Shown here one piece after another: positions 16,941 through 25,875 of a stretch of DNA of 32,000 nucleotides (the stretch's first letter is position 1; every line of letters begins with the position of its first letter). The translations under genes were made by a program, and so were the position numbers. Source of the stretch: Chlamydiota bacterium (GTDB taxonomy: Bacteria > Auribacterota > JACPWU01); NCBI GenBank assembly GCA_016196885.1, contig JACPWU010000050.1, positions 38,794 through 70,793 on the forward strand. Direction: 5' to 3'. The notes below the pieces were generated by a model, which ran no database searches, had not been told where the DNA came from, and saw nothing but the letters and a program-made list of their open reading frames with translations.

Positions 16941-17333
16941 CGCAAGCACCAGTTCATCTAACTTTGCAAGAATAGCCTCTCGAGCATCACTGGCAAAAAC
17001 ATCCGAAGGATATCTTCTTTTCCTCACCAAATAAATCTCGCATTGAGAAGCCCCCAGAGGATAAACATAGATCCCATAGACGGAACCTGTTTCACCCAAA
17101 GAAGCAGGCTGATATCCAAGAACCTCAATCCTCTCTTGCCGATTGCGGTTCACTCTTTCAACAACAAGACCACAGTTTTCAAGAGCCTTTTGTGAAAGCT
17201 CCACCATTTTCTCAAAGCTCTCATCATATAAAATTTCCTGCCCCTCGCCCCGCTTCACATGTTCCAATTCTGAGACCGTGGTGCAACCCGTCAAAACGAT
17301 TAAACACAAAAAGGCACAAATCAATTCTCTCAT
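16929..17333 (-). CDS. Small putative lipoprotein, function unknown
   Basis: MRELICAFLCLIVLTGC has a lipobox (LTGC). AGAAGGGG lies 7 nt upstream of ATG 17333. The track start at 17444 reads through the heptamer hairpin. Confidence 0.6.
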   Translation of the reverse strand: MRELICAFLCLIVLTGCTTVSELEHVKRGEGQEILYDESFEKMVELSQKALENCGLVVERVNRNRQERIEVLGYQPASLGETGSVYGIYVYPLGASQCEIYLVRKRRYPSDVFASDAREAILAKLDELVLADRR

Positions 17334-17381
17334 GCAAAGCCCCTTCTTTAAGATTGAACAAATGAGAGAACATTCTACCAT

Positions 17382-17476
17382 AAAAAGCAGGGAATAGGGT
17401 GTAGGGATTAGGGTATAGGGAACAATGTTCTTAATTAAAATCATTATTTCCCTAAACCCTACACCCTATTCCCTGC
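17382..17476 (-). terminator. TAGGGTA-type heptamer hairpin plus T-run downstream of tRNA-Met (putative intrinsic terminator)
   Basis: GCAGGGAATAGGGTGTAGGGATTAGGGTATAGGGAA pairs with TTCCCTAAACCCTACACCCTATTCCCTGC. On the minus strand the hairpin is followed by TTTTT (17386-17382). Confidence 0.5.
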
Positions 17477-17482
17477 ATTTCA

Positions 17483-17555
17483 TGGGCCCACTAGGATTTG
17501 AACCTAGGACCAATGGATTATGAGTCCACTGCTCTAACCGCTGAGCTATGGGCCC
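17483..17555 (-). tRNA. tRNA with anticodon CAT (elongator Met or lysidine-modified Ile2)
   Basis: The minus strand GGGCCCATAGCTCAGCGGTTAGAGCAGTGGACTCATAATCCATTGGTCCTAGGTTCAAATCCTAGTGGGCCCA folds as a cloverleaf. G1-C72 is paired and there is no GGG/CCC anticodon stem, so it is not an initiator. Confidence 0.85.
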
Positions 17556-17650
17556 GAAAAAAGTAGGGCATAGGGTATAGGGCTCAGGGCTTAGGGAAAA
17601 AATAAATAAACAACCTTACCCCAAACCCTACTCCCTACACCCTATGCCCT
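17556..17650 (-). terminator. TAGGGTA-type heptamer hairpin plus T-run downstream of rpoD (putative intrinsic terminator)
   Basis: GTAGGGCATAGGGTATAGGGCTCAGGGCTTAGGG pairs with CCCCAAACCCTACTCCCTACACCCTATGCCCT. On the minus strand it is followed by TTTTTT (17562-17557), immediately before the tRNA 5' end. Confidence 0.5.
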
Positions 17651-17656
17651 GAATTT

Positions 17657-19291
17657 CTACGCAGAGATATAATCCAAGAATCCCTTGAGCTTCTTAGATC
17701 GAATGGGATGGCGCATCTTCTTCAAGGCTTTTGCCTCGATCTGACGTACACGCTCGCGCGTGACATTAAAAACCTTGCCCACCTCTTCCAGGGTTCTCGG
17801 AGAACCATCGCCCAATCCAAAGCGAAGCCTCAAGACCCGCTTTTCGCGAGGGGTTAAAGTCTCAAGTACATTTTCAATCTGCTCCTTCAAGAGGCTATAC
17901 CCCGTTGCCTCCGCCGGATTGCGAATGGTTTTATCTTCAATGAAATCCCCGAATTGGCTGTCCTCTCCATCCCCAATCGGCGTCTGAAGAGAAATGGGAT
18001 GCTGAGAAATTTTCAGAATGCCGCGTACCTTTTCCACAGGAAGATTCATCTCCTCGGAAATTTCTTCCGGCGTCGGCTCTTTCCCATATTCTTGCACAAG
18101 CTTTTTCGAGACACGTACCAATTTATTGATGGTCTCAATCATGTGAACTGGGATGCGAATGGTTCTGGCCTGATCCGCAATCGAACGCGTGATGGCTTGA
18201 CGAATCCACCACGTGGCGTAAGTGCTGAATTTATAGCCACGCTTGTATTCAAATTTATCCACAGCCTTCATCAAGCCCAGATTTCCTTCTTGAATCAGAT
18301 CCAAAAAGGAAAGCCCGCGATTCGTGTATTTTTTGGCAATGCTGATCACGAGCCGAAGATTGGCCTCGACCATGTCATCTTTGGCGGATCGCATGCGATT
18401 CGTCCAATGCTCTAAGGTCGCAGACTGCTGTTTAAATTCGTCCAGCGTAACGCCTAAAGTTTCTTCAATACGCTTTAATTTTCGGCGTTCATTCTGAACC
18501 CTCGCTCTTCGAAGTTTGGAAGACTCTCCCGGACGAGACAGCTCAATCTCCCGCTCTGCCGCAACAATTTTATCTCTCAAAGAGAGAACCTTATCTACCA
18601 ATTCATCAATGACCTCTTGGCGAAAATAAAACTTCCTGAGCAGTGAATTGAGTTTCCTTCTTTTCTCCTCAAGCTTTTTCAATTTTCGATTGCGAATCCC
18701 TTTGGAGATCCTCTTGCGAACCTCTTTCACGAGGACGAAAACTTCTTTCTCCAAGGTCTCTGCATGATGACACACCCTAGAAAGACCTGAGATATAGCGC
18801 TCTTTATTCGTCACAAATTTATCAATCACGACACGGTCAAACCGCTCCTTGCCGGCCAAAAGCCTTCGAGCAATGATCACACTTTCTTTGGGAATATTTC
18901 CGAAGGTAAAAAGAAAGGAACGGATTTGCTGATCGGCTTCCTCAATTCTCTTGGCCAAATCTACCTCTTGTTCTCGGGTGAGAAGAGGGACTTTGCCCAT
19001 CTGCTTGAGATACATGCGAACAGGGTCGTCCAGCACCTCCGTTTTGGAGGATTCATCCTCTTCCTTCGTCTCTTCCTTGGCCTTCCATTCCTCCTCTGCC
19101 TTTTTCCGTTTGGCATCATCTACAATCTGAACTTCCATGCTTCTTAAAAGAATAAGCATGGACTCAATTTCATCTGGAGAAATCACATTTTCAGGAAGGA
19201 CCTCATTGATATCATCATAGGTCAAGACGCCCTTTTCACCAGCCATTTTAACCAGCTGCTTAATTTTGGTATTTCTCTCTTCTTTGGTCAT
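17657..19291 (-). CDS. rpoD: Primary RNA polymerase sigma factor RpoD
   Basis: [11 protein letters not shown] (region 1.2), [11 protein letters not shown] and [33 protein letters not shown] (region 2), [20 protein letters not shown] (region 4.2). ATG 19291 (MTKEERN) is preferred. ATG 19321 is possible. Confidence 0.95.
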   Translation of the reverse strand: MTKEERNTKIKQLVKMAGEKGVLTYDDINEVLPENVISPDEIESMLILLRSMEVQIVDDAKRKKAEEEWKAKEETKEEDESSKTEVLDDPVRMYLKQMGKVPLLTREQEVDLAKRIEEADQQIRSFLFTFGNIPKESVIIARRLLAGKERFDRVVIDKFVTNKERYISGLSRVCHHAETLEKEVFVLVKEVRKRISKGIRNRKLKKLEEKRRKLNSLLRKFYFRQEVIDELVDKVLSLRDKIVAAEREIELSRPGESSKLRRARVQNERRKLKRIEETLGVTLDEFKQQSATLEHWTNRMRSAKDDMVEANLRLVISIAKKYTNRGLSFLDLIQEGNLGLMKAVDKFEYKRGYKFSTYATWWIRQAITRSIADQARTIRIPVHMIETINKLVRVSKKLVQEYGKEPTPEEISEEMNLPVEKVRGILKISQHPISLQTPIGDGEDSQFGDFIEDKTIRNPAEATGYSLLKEQIENVLETLTPREKRVLRLRFGLGDGSPRTLEEVGKVFNVTRERVRQIEAKALKKMRHPIRSKKLKGFLDYISA

Positions 19292-19369
19292 GTCTCCAAC
19301 TCCCGCCCTACCCTCTCTCATGACTAAGACACATAAGAAATGAAAAAGATTAAAAGAAAAGTGATGATA

Positions 19370-21109
19370 TTACATTTTCTTAAGCGTTGCAATTTCTTTC
19401 TGAAGTCCTTGCAGCTCAACTAAAATAACGCCGATTTGAGCTGAATTCTTCCCTGATTCTTCAAGCCTTTTTAATTCCTGAGTCAAATTCAGACATTTTT
19501 TATCGTAAGTCCTTAATTTAAAGGTAGTTATATAATCAGAAAGAACTTTTTCTGGATTCTGGAAAGAAAATTTTTCCACCAGAAGACTGCTCAGAATACC
19601 TTGAAATCGAGGATCAGACAGCAAAGAATCGGCACCTTTATTCTCTAACATATTCTGAAGCAATAACTTATAATCTTCAAATTCAAAATCCTCTGGTTTA
19701 ACTTCTCCCCTGACCTTCTCAAAAAGCCTTGAGTCCGACAAAATAAGCTTCAAAAGCCCCTTTTCTAAAGCACAGGGTCCTGGCAATTGGGAAGGATCCT
19801 TTTCTCCAGAACGAAACTCTGACCTCGCTGGCTTGATACCCTTTATTTCTTCCCGCAAAGACTGTTCAGAAATCTTTAGCCTTTGACTTAAAAGCTGAAG
19901 ATAATGATCTTGAAGCACCGCATTTTTAATGCGACTCAGGATCGGCAAAATTTCTCGTGCGATTTTCAGTTTTGAAACCTCATCCTGTGAGGGATGACGA
20001 TTCATGAGAATACCGATTTTAAAATCAATCATGGAGGGAGACTCCTGAATCAGCTTTAGGAAAGCCTCTTTTCCGTTTTTTCGAATCCACGTATCCGGAT
20101 CATCCCCTTCAGGAATCTGTGCAATTTTGACAATCATGTCCTGACCGAGAAAAACTTCTAAGGCCCGAAGAGAGGCCTCGACCCCTGCCCTGTCTCCGTC
20201 GTAAGCAACCACAACGCCTTGGGCAAAGCGCCGTAAGATTCGGACATGATTTTCATTGAAGGCGGTTCCGAGGGAGGCCACCACATTTTCAACACCTGCC
20301 TCATACACATGGATCATGTCCATGTAGCCTTCGACCAAAATCACCCGAGACTCTTGAAGAATGGCCCTTTTGGCCAAATGAAGGCCGTAGAGCAATTGGC
20401 TTTTATTGAATAACGGGGTTTCGGGAGAATTTAAATACTTGGGCATCTGGTCCCCCAGCGCACGGCCTCCAAAGCCCACAACTCTGGCCTGGGCATCCAT
20501 GATGGGGAACATAATCCTTCCTTTGAAGCGGAGATTTTTTCCGCCCCCACCTGGGCCTGTCACACCCACGCGCTCCAAGAGTTTTTCCTCGAGCCCCAAT
20601 CGCTGAAATTCTTTCAGCACCTCCGTCTCCCTCAAAGGGCAATAACCCATTCGAAAGGTTTCAACCATTTTTTTATTCACCCCTCTTGCCTTAAGATAAT
20701 TCCTCGCCTCAGCGGCCTCTTCTGTGAAGAGGGATCTCTGAAAAAAGTGGGCCACCTTTTCTGCAACGTCAAAGAGCTGTTTCTTTTGAAATTCTCCCGA
20801 TCCCTCCTTTACTTTTGAGATGACCACACCCGCCTTTTCTGCCAGGATTTCCACAGCCTCAGGGAAACCGATGTTCTCATATTTCATCAAGAAGCTAAAA
20901 ACATTGCCTCCCGCTCCACAACCGAAGCAGTGAAAAATCCCCTTCTCAGGATTCACCATAAAGGAAGGCGTTTTCTCAGGATGAAAAGGGCACAAGGCCT
21001 TGTAATTGCGCCCAGCCCCTTTGAGCGGCACATATTGTGCAATCAACTGCACAATATCCACCTTGAGCTGGATCTGGGAAAGTGTACTTTCAGGAATTAA
21101 TTCAGACAT
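19370..21109 (-). CDS. dnaG: DNA primase DnaG
   Basis: CPFHPEKTPSFMVNPEKGIFHCFGCGAGGN zinc finger and a Toprim segment VILVEGYMD. ATG 21109 (MSELIPE) fits the family N-terminus. The track start at 21163 reads through a repeat arm. Confidence 0.9.
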   Translation of the reverse strand: MSELIPESTLSQIQLKVDIVQLIAQYVPLKGAGRNYKALCPFHPEKTPSFMVNPEKGIFHCFGCGAGGNVFSFLMKYENIGFPEAVEILAEKAGVVISKVKEGSGEFQKKQLFDVAEKVAHFFQRSLFTEEAAEARNYLKARGVNKKMVETFRMGYCPLRETEVLKEFQRLGLEEKLLERVGVTGPGGGGKNLRFKGRIMFPIMDAQARVVGFGGRALGDQMPKYLNSPETPLFNKSQLLYGLHLAKRAILQESRVILVEGYMDMIHVYEAGVENVVASLGTAFNENHVRILRRFAQGVVVAYDGDRAGVEASLRALEVFLGQDMIVKIAQIPEGDDPDTWIRKNGKEAFLKLIQESPSMIDFKIGILMNRHPSQDEVSKLKIAREILPILSRIKNAVLQDHYLQLLSQRLKISEQSLREEIKGIKPARSEFRSGEKDPSQLPGPCALEKGLLKLILSDSRLFEKVRGEVKPEDFEFEDYKLLLQNMLENKGADSLLSDPRFQGILSSLLVEKFSFQNPEKVLSDYITTFKLRTYDKKCLNLTQELKRLEESGKNSAQIGVILVELQGLQKEIATLKKM

Positions 21110-21116
21110 AGGAAAT

Positions 21117-21146
21117 AGCGTACAGCGTATAGCGTTCAGCGGACAG
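21117..21146. repeat. Single arm of the CGTACAG/CGTTCAG heptamer family (cvpA/dnaG spacer)
   Basis: AGCGTACAGCGTATAGCGTTCAGCGGACAG. No complementary arm is nearby. Confidence 0.6.
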
Positions 21147-21174
21147 AAAAAATCCATCCTCATTGAAACTGTTC

Positions 21175-21738
21175 TTACTGAGGTTCATCAACAACTTCAC
21201 TTACTTTTTCCAATCCTTCTTGGACCTCTTCTTGGGTCTCCAACAATTCTTTTGGCTGGATCTTCTGATCTAGCCATTGATGAATCTCATCCATCTTCTG
21301 AGTGGAGTAAGAGCCAATCACGGACTCTTGAAAGGGTCCTTGGAAAGTTTTTGGATAAAATGTCAGCAAGGCCAGACCCAAAACAGCTGATAAAAGAATG
21401 GCTCTCGTTCCTCCGAAAAGCGAGCCCCCCACTTTATCAATGGGCGATTGAAAAATCATATGGGAAATTTTCTGAACGATTTTTGCAAGAAGAAAAGAGG
21501 CCAGAATCCCAATGAACACAATTCCCCAAAGAGAGACAGGATTGGAAAGATTGATCCCCAACGGAAGCTTGCTGGAAATCAGGGTCCCGACTGAAGATCC
21601 CATCACCAGCGCAAAGACAATGGCCCCCAAAATCCCGCCTGTCAATACCACCTCCGCCAAAATGCCCCGACGCACTCCGACATAAAAGCCCCGGACCGCC
21701 AAGGCCATCATCGCAATGTCTATCCAATTGAATTTCAT
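21175..21738 (-). CDS. cvpA: CvpA-family membrane protein
   Basis: MKFNWIDIAMMALAVRGFYVGVRRGILAEV and four hydrophobic segments, typical of colicin V production protein family members. ATG 21738 is preferred over the TTG at 21753. Confidence 0.7.
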   Translation of the reverse strand: MKFNWIDIAMMALAVRGFYVGVRRGILAEVVLTGGILGAIVFALVMGSSVGTLISSKLPLGINLSNPVSLWGIVFIGILASFLLAKIVQKISHMIFQSPIDKVGGSLFGGTRAILLSAVLGLALLTFYPKTFQGPFQESVIGSYSTQKMDEIHQWLDQKIQPKELLETQEEVQEGLEKVSEVVDEPQ

Positions 21739-21772
21739 AGGTGCATTATACAATAAATTGGATATTTCACCA

Positions 21773-22906
21773 TTATTTCAACCACGGAAGTTGGCAAAAT
21801 TTCATAAAGGGTGTTATTCTTGCCCTATATTTTGCAATTTCGATATCCTTTGTTCCCAAATGAACTTGATAAAATTTTGGAACCGAAGAACGTTCGGAAA
21901 AATAAGATATATGAGGGCTTAGAGAGGATTCACCTGTCTTACATTCAACCGCAAAAAGAGGCTTACGATTTTTGATCACGACAAAATCAATTTCCCTTTT
22001 TTGGGCATCACGAATAAACTGAAGATCCATTTCATCTCCTTCGGTATCTTCAATAAAATGACACATTTTGAGCAAATGGGATGCCACAAGGTTTTCAAAT
22101 CGGGTGCTCAGGTCTTCACATTGGGACCAATCCCACAGGTAAAGTTTTTTCTCCTTTTTTGCCGTGCGCAATCGAGGGAGCCCAAAGGGAGCTATTCGAT
22201 AACAATAATAAATATTTTCTAGGATAAGAATCCAACGGTCCACTGTTTCAAAAGAGACTTGTAAATCTTGTTTCAAATTATTGAGTGAGAGAATGGACCC
22301 CACACGTTCAGGGAGAATATGAATGAGGAGATCCAATTGTGAAACCTCTTTAACTTGTTCCAAGCTTATCAAATCTTCTTGAATCACACGCATCAGGCGC
22401 TCCCTCTGCCATCTTTTATGGTGACGAGTGTTCGCCTTTAAAAAGGGTTCTGGGAAACCTCCGAAGGTCAGCAGTTGATCTAGACATTTTTGATTTGGCT
22501 TCGAATCAAGCTCGGAAAGACTTAAAGGATGTAAACGATAATAGTGATATCTGCCCTGCAAAGAATCTCCTCCACGACGGTAGTAATCGAGTCTGGCTGA
22601 GCCTGTGATGAGAAACCGTTTCGTAGATTTGTGCTGATCGTAGAAACCTTTCACGAGATTTCGCCACCCCCTGTATTTGTGAATTTCATCCAGGACAATT
22701 AATTTTTGATCCGCAGGCAATTCCCCTTTAAGAAGAGACCTTTTGACAGTCGGCACATCCCAGTTGAGGTAGGCAGGATGGGATTCATTGGCATTTCCCA
22801 AAAGATGAAAAGCCACCGTGGTCTTACCTGTTTGCCGAGGGCCACCGATAAAAACCATTTTTTCATTTAAATCTTTTTCAATCGCTGACTCGAGGTAACG
22901 CTGCAT
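21773..22906 (-). CDS. Stand-alone AAA+ ATPase with C-terminal PD-(D/E)xK-like domain (AAA_14 + DUF4143 / COG1373-like)
   Basis: Walker A GGPRQTGKTT and Walker B LIVLDEIH. The C-terminal REIDFVVIKNRKPLFAVECKTGE resembles a restriction-endonuclease-fold motif. Confidence 0.7.
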   Translation of the reverse strand: MQRYLESAIEKDLNEKMVFIGGPRQTGKTTVAFHLLGNANESHPAYLNWDVPTVKRSLLKGELPADQKLIVLDEIHKYRGWRNLVKGFYDQHKSTKRFLITGSARLDYYRRGGDSLQGRYHYYRLHPLSLSELDSKPNQKCLDQLLTFGGFPEPFLKANTRHHKRWQRERLMRVIQEDLISLEQVKEVSQLDLLIHILPERVGSILSLNNLKQDLQVSFETVDRWILILENIYYCYRIAPFGLPRLRTAKKEKKLYLWDWSQCEDLSTRFENLVASHLLKMCHFIEDTEGDEMDLQFIRDAQKREIDFVVIKNRKPLFAVECKTGESSLSPHISYFSERSSVPKFYQVHLGTKDIEIAKYRARITPFMKFCQLPWLK

Positions 22907-22924
22907 AAAAACCCCTGTAAATGA

Positions 22925-22977
22925 TCATGAATAAATTAGACTATATCTTATTTTATACATGAATAAATTAGAGTCAA
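22925..22977 (-). promoter_or_regulatory. Putative promoter of the ATPase gene with two 15-nt direct repeats (candidate operator)
   Basis: Minus strand: TTGACT (22977-22972), 16-nt spacer, TAAAAT (22955-22950). The direct repeat TCTAATTTATTCATG occurs once across the spacer (22957-22973) and once about 10-25 nt downstream of the -10 (22925-22941). Confidence 0.45.
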
Positions 22978-23029
22978 CTAGAAAATAGTTAAGATGGTTT
23001 TGATGGGCTTTAGAAGGCATGAGAGAAGC

Positions 23030-23755
23030 TTACCGAGACAAGTAAAAATTTAAAACAGCCAAACTCGCAAGAGCAGCTGTTTCTACACGCAGCACCAGCG
23101 ATCCCAGACTGACGCATTTCCACTCCCGATCCAAAGCCCCTTGAATTTCTTGAGGTGAAAAATCCCCTTCTGGGCCAATGGCAATGATCACTTTTTTTGC
23201 ATCCGGATAAGATTTGAAGATTTCGTGAAAATCATAACGAGGAGTTCCACCCAAAGAAGCAATTAAACGAAGGTCTGCATCATAAACTGTTTCTAAAAAA
23301 GAAGCCCAAGATTGAGGCTCATGAATTTTGGGAATTTTAACACGTCCGCATTGTTCGGATGCGGAAATGGCAATTCTTTCCCAACGGTCTTTGCAAAAAG
23401 TTTTTTTAACGACGCGATTTGTCAAAAGAGGAAAAATTTCGTCCACTCCCAGTTCTGTCGCTTTTTCAACCAACCAGTCCATTCTCTGGGATTTGGGAAT
23501 GGCTTGGGCTAAAACCATTTTCCATGTTTTTTGGGGGGTGTCCTTTTTTTCAAGAACCTTTGCGGAAATAATGTTTCGAGAAACTTTTTCGAATCGAGCT
23601 AAATACTCACTAGACTGCGGCGTAAAAAATAAAATCTCTTCTCCCTCTTTCATTCTCAACACATGAATCAAATGATGGGAGACTTGCGTGTCTAATTCGA
23701 ACACATCTCCTACCTCAAGATTTTTTTCGATGTAGATTCGGGGAAGGGTGGACAT
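23030..23755 (-). CDS. rsmE: 16S rRNA (uracil1498-N3)-methyltransferase RsmE
   Basis: MSTLPRIYIE..., IAIGPEGDFSPQEI and LGSLVLRVETAALASLAV (SPOUT knot motifs). The track start at 23869 reads through a hairpin repeat. ATG 23755 is preferred. Confidence 0.85.
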   Translation of the reverse strand: MSTLPRIYIEKNLEVGDVFELDTQVSHHLIHVLRMKEGEEILFFTPQSSEYLARFEKVSRNIISAKVLEKKDTPQKTWKMVLAQAIPKSQRMDWLVEKATELGVDEIFPLLTNRVVKKTFCKDRWERIAISASEQCGRVKIPKIHEPQSWASFLETVYDADLRLIASLGGTPRYDFHEIFKSYPDAKKVIIAIGPEGDFSPQEIQGALDREWKCVSLGSLVLRVETAALASLAVLNFYLSR

Positions 23756-23763
23756 ATAAAAAT

Positions 23764-23845
23764 CAGTCGACAGTCCACGGTCCATAGTCCATGAGAGGCA
23801 AATAATTCCTTTAAAACTGTGGACTATCGACGATGGACCATGGAC
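23764..23845. repeat. GTCCATG-type heptamer hairpin (dnaJ/rsmE spacer)
   Basis: CAGTCGA CAGTCCA CGGTCCA TAGTCCA TGAG pairs with CTGTGGACTATCGACGATGGACCATGGAC. T-runs lie on both sides. It ends 9 nt before the rsmE ATG. Confidence 0.75.
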
Positions 23846-23887
23846 TTTTTTGTCTCCATGACTAAACATTTATTCATAACAAGAAGC

Positions 23888-25048
23888 TCAGAATTTGAAA
23901 AGCTTCTTCACTGTGTCTACAAAAGACTTATACATCGGAAGAGAATTAGGTTCTGGAATTTCTGAAAAACGTTTCAAAAGATTTTTTTGTTCTTCCGTCA
24001 GACGAACAGGAATTTCCACCATGACCCGCACCAATTGATCCCCATGGCCATATCCGCCTAAATCTTTAATCCCTTTTCCCTTCAGCCGAAAAATCTTATG
24101 GGTTTGAGTGCCAGGCGGGATTTTGAGCATGGCAGCCCCTTCAAGAGTGGGCACCTGAATTTCACCCCCTAAGGCTGCCATATAAAAAGGGACTGGAACT
24201 TCGCAAAGGACATCATTGCCTTCCCTTGTGAAAAATTCATCCTCTTCCACATGGATTAAAATGTAAAGGGAGCCGCTTCTTCCTCCCCTGACACCTCCAT
24301 TTCCTTCTCCGCTCATTTTGAGACGGGAACCTGTTTCTACGCCGGGGGGAACTTTGACAGAGACTTTTCGATGGGCTCTGGAACGCCCCTCTCCTCTGCA
24401 GTTCTTGCAAGGATGAGCGACAAATTGGCCGCGCCCACGGCAGCGAGGACAGGTTTGGCTGATGCTAAAAAAGCCCTGACTGCGATGAACTTGTCCAGAT
24501 CCATGACATTGGGGACAGGTCTCTCGATGCGACCCTATTTCTACCCCCTCCCCTTTGCAATCGGAACATTTCTCTAGATGTTCAAATGCTATTTCTTTCT
24601 TGCAGCCGAAAACGGCCTCGCGAAGGGGGAGCACCAACTCGTATTGCAAATCTTCACCGTCTTCTCCATGGCTTTCCCCTCTTTGACGCCGAGATCCAAA
24701 GCTGAAAAAATCATCAAAAATCCCGCCTCCTCCTCCCCGGCCAAATTCACCCATAAAGGTGCGAAGGGCCTCTTCCAAATCAATCCCAAAGCCTCCGCCA
24801 CCCCCTCCCGACGCACGCCCTGCTCCCACTCCGGCATGGCCAAAGCGGTCGTATTGAGCCCGCTTTTCTGAATCACTTAAAATTTCATAAGCCTCCGAGA
24901 TTTCTTTAAATTTTTCCTCGGCCGCTTTATCCCCTGGATTGCGATCGGGATGATATTTTAAGGCCAATTGGCGATAGGCCTTTTTAAGCTCATCAGGAGA
25001 GGCGCTTCGGTTAACACCCAAAAGTTCATAATAATCTTGTTTAGACAT
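23888..25048 (-). CDS. dnaJ: Molecular chaperone DnaJ
   Basis: J domain (DYYELLGV...HPDRNPGD), G/F-rich linker and four CxxCxGxG zinc-finger repeats. Confidence 0.95.
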   Translation of the reverse strand: MSKQDYYELLGVNRSASPDELKKAYRQLALKYHPDRNPGDKAAEEKFKEISEAYEILSDSEKRAQYDRFGHAGVGAGRASGGGGGGFGIDLEEALRTFMGEFGRGGGGGIFDDFFSFGSRRQRGESHGEDGEDLQYELVLPLREAVFGCKKEIAFEHLEKCSDCKGEGVEIGSHRETCPQCHGSGQVHRSQGFFSISQTCPRCRGRGQFVAHPCKNCRGEGRSRAHRKVSVKVPPGVETGSRLKMSGEGNGGVRGGRSGSLYILIHVEEDEFFTREGNDVLCEVPVPFYMAALGGEIQVPTLEGAAMLKIPPGTQTHKIFRLKGKGIKDLGGYGHGDQLVRVMVEIPVRLTEEQKNLLKRFSEIPEPNSLPMYKSFVDTVKKLFKF

Positions 25049-25140
25049 AAATCATACCTTCTTTAAAATATGAATAGATGATTAAAGCTAAATTTAAATT
25101 TAAAAGCAAGGGATAAGGAACAATACCACCTTTTAACCCC

Positions 25141-25170
25141 TTGACTGCGAATCAGATAAAATGATATACT
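25141..25170 (+). promoter_or_regulatory. Putative sigma-70 promoter of the pseudopilin operon
   Basis: TTGACT (25141-25146), 18-nt spacer, TATACT (25165-25170), in the dnaJ-divergent spacer. Confidence 0.45.
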
Positions 25171-25287
25171 TTGAGGGTGAAAGAGGATCCCCTCTGAGAG
25201 GATGGTTTTATGCTGTTTTTTGATGATTCTCTCAATAGCGCCGGGGGGAAGCCGAACCTATTCTTCAGAGGAGGAATAGGTTTTTTT

Positions 25288-25875
25288 ATGGCAAAAAAAT
25301 TGAACTCCAAAAAGTTTTCCTTCCTCGATGGCGAAATGCGTTTTTACAAACGCGGCTTCACCGTGATTGAAATGCTGGTCGTCATTTCTGTCATCGCTAT
25401 TTTGGCAAGCATCATTCTTCCGGCTTTGAACAGCGCCCAAAAAAAAGCCAAAATCACTAAAACTCAAAGTATGATTGATTCCATCACCACAGCCTTCAAA
25501 CAATATCGAACCGACTTTGGAGCCTATCCCTTAGACGATACCATTCCCAATGTTTCAGGAGGATCCCCCACCTCAGCCGAGTGCATTTATTATTATTCGG
25601 CGGCCAGTTTCGTCGCAGGAGAAAATGCGGATGAGATCACAGCTGGACCTTACATGGAATACCGCCAAAAGGATGAAGGGACTTCGACCCAAAGCGCAGA
25701 CATGGATGGGGATGGTGCCAGCGATGATTCAATTTTTCCAGTAGTGGATGCCTGGGGAAATTCGCTCATTTATATTGAGCCCGGAACCCATAATACGAAC
25801 TCTTTCGATATATATTCTTATGGACCCGACGGAGCCGATGACAGTGGAGGCGACGATGACATTGTTAATTGGTGA
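25288..25875 (+). CDS. GspG/PulG-like major pseudopilin
   Basis: Prepilin motif KRG/FTVIEMLVVISVIAILASIILP, then NSAQKKAKITKTQSMIDSI and a C-terminal DAWGNSLIY...YSYGPDGADDSGGDDDIVNW typical of T2SS G proteins. The start is uncertain. ATG 25288 has AGGAGGA at -12, ATG 25210 has GAGAGGA at -8, and ATG 25336 would give the canonical short leader MRFYKRG. Confidence 0.8.
   Translation: MAKKLNSKKFSFLDGEMRFYKRGFTVIEMLVVISVIAILASIILPALNSAQKKAKITKTQSMIDSITTAFKQYRTDFGAYPLDDTIPNVSGGSPTSAECIYYYSAASFVAGENADEITAGPYMEYRQKDEGTSTQSADMDGDGASDDSIFPVVDAWGNSLIYIEPGTHNTNSFDIYSYGPDGADDSGGDDDIVNW

Noticed and set aside
17483-17555. Initiator tRNA-fMet
   Set aside because: The 1-72 pair is Watson-Crick (G-C), and the anticodon stem lacks the three consecutive G-C pairs. 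It is elongator Met or Ile2, and I cannot decide between them by eye.
25748-25855. Track start (25748) for the GspH-like ORF
   Set aside because: It would overlap the last 128 nt of the GspG-like gene in another frame. ATG 25856 (GGAGG at -5) or ATG 25838 are more plausible.
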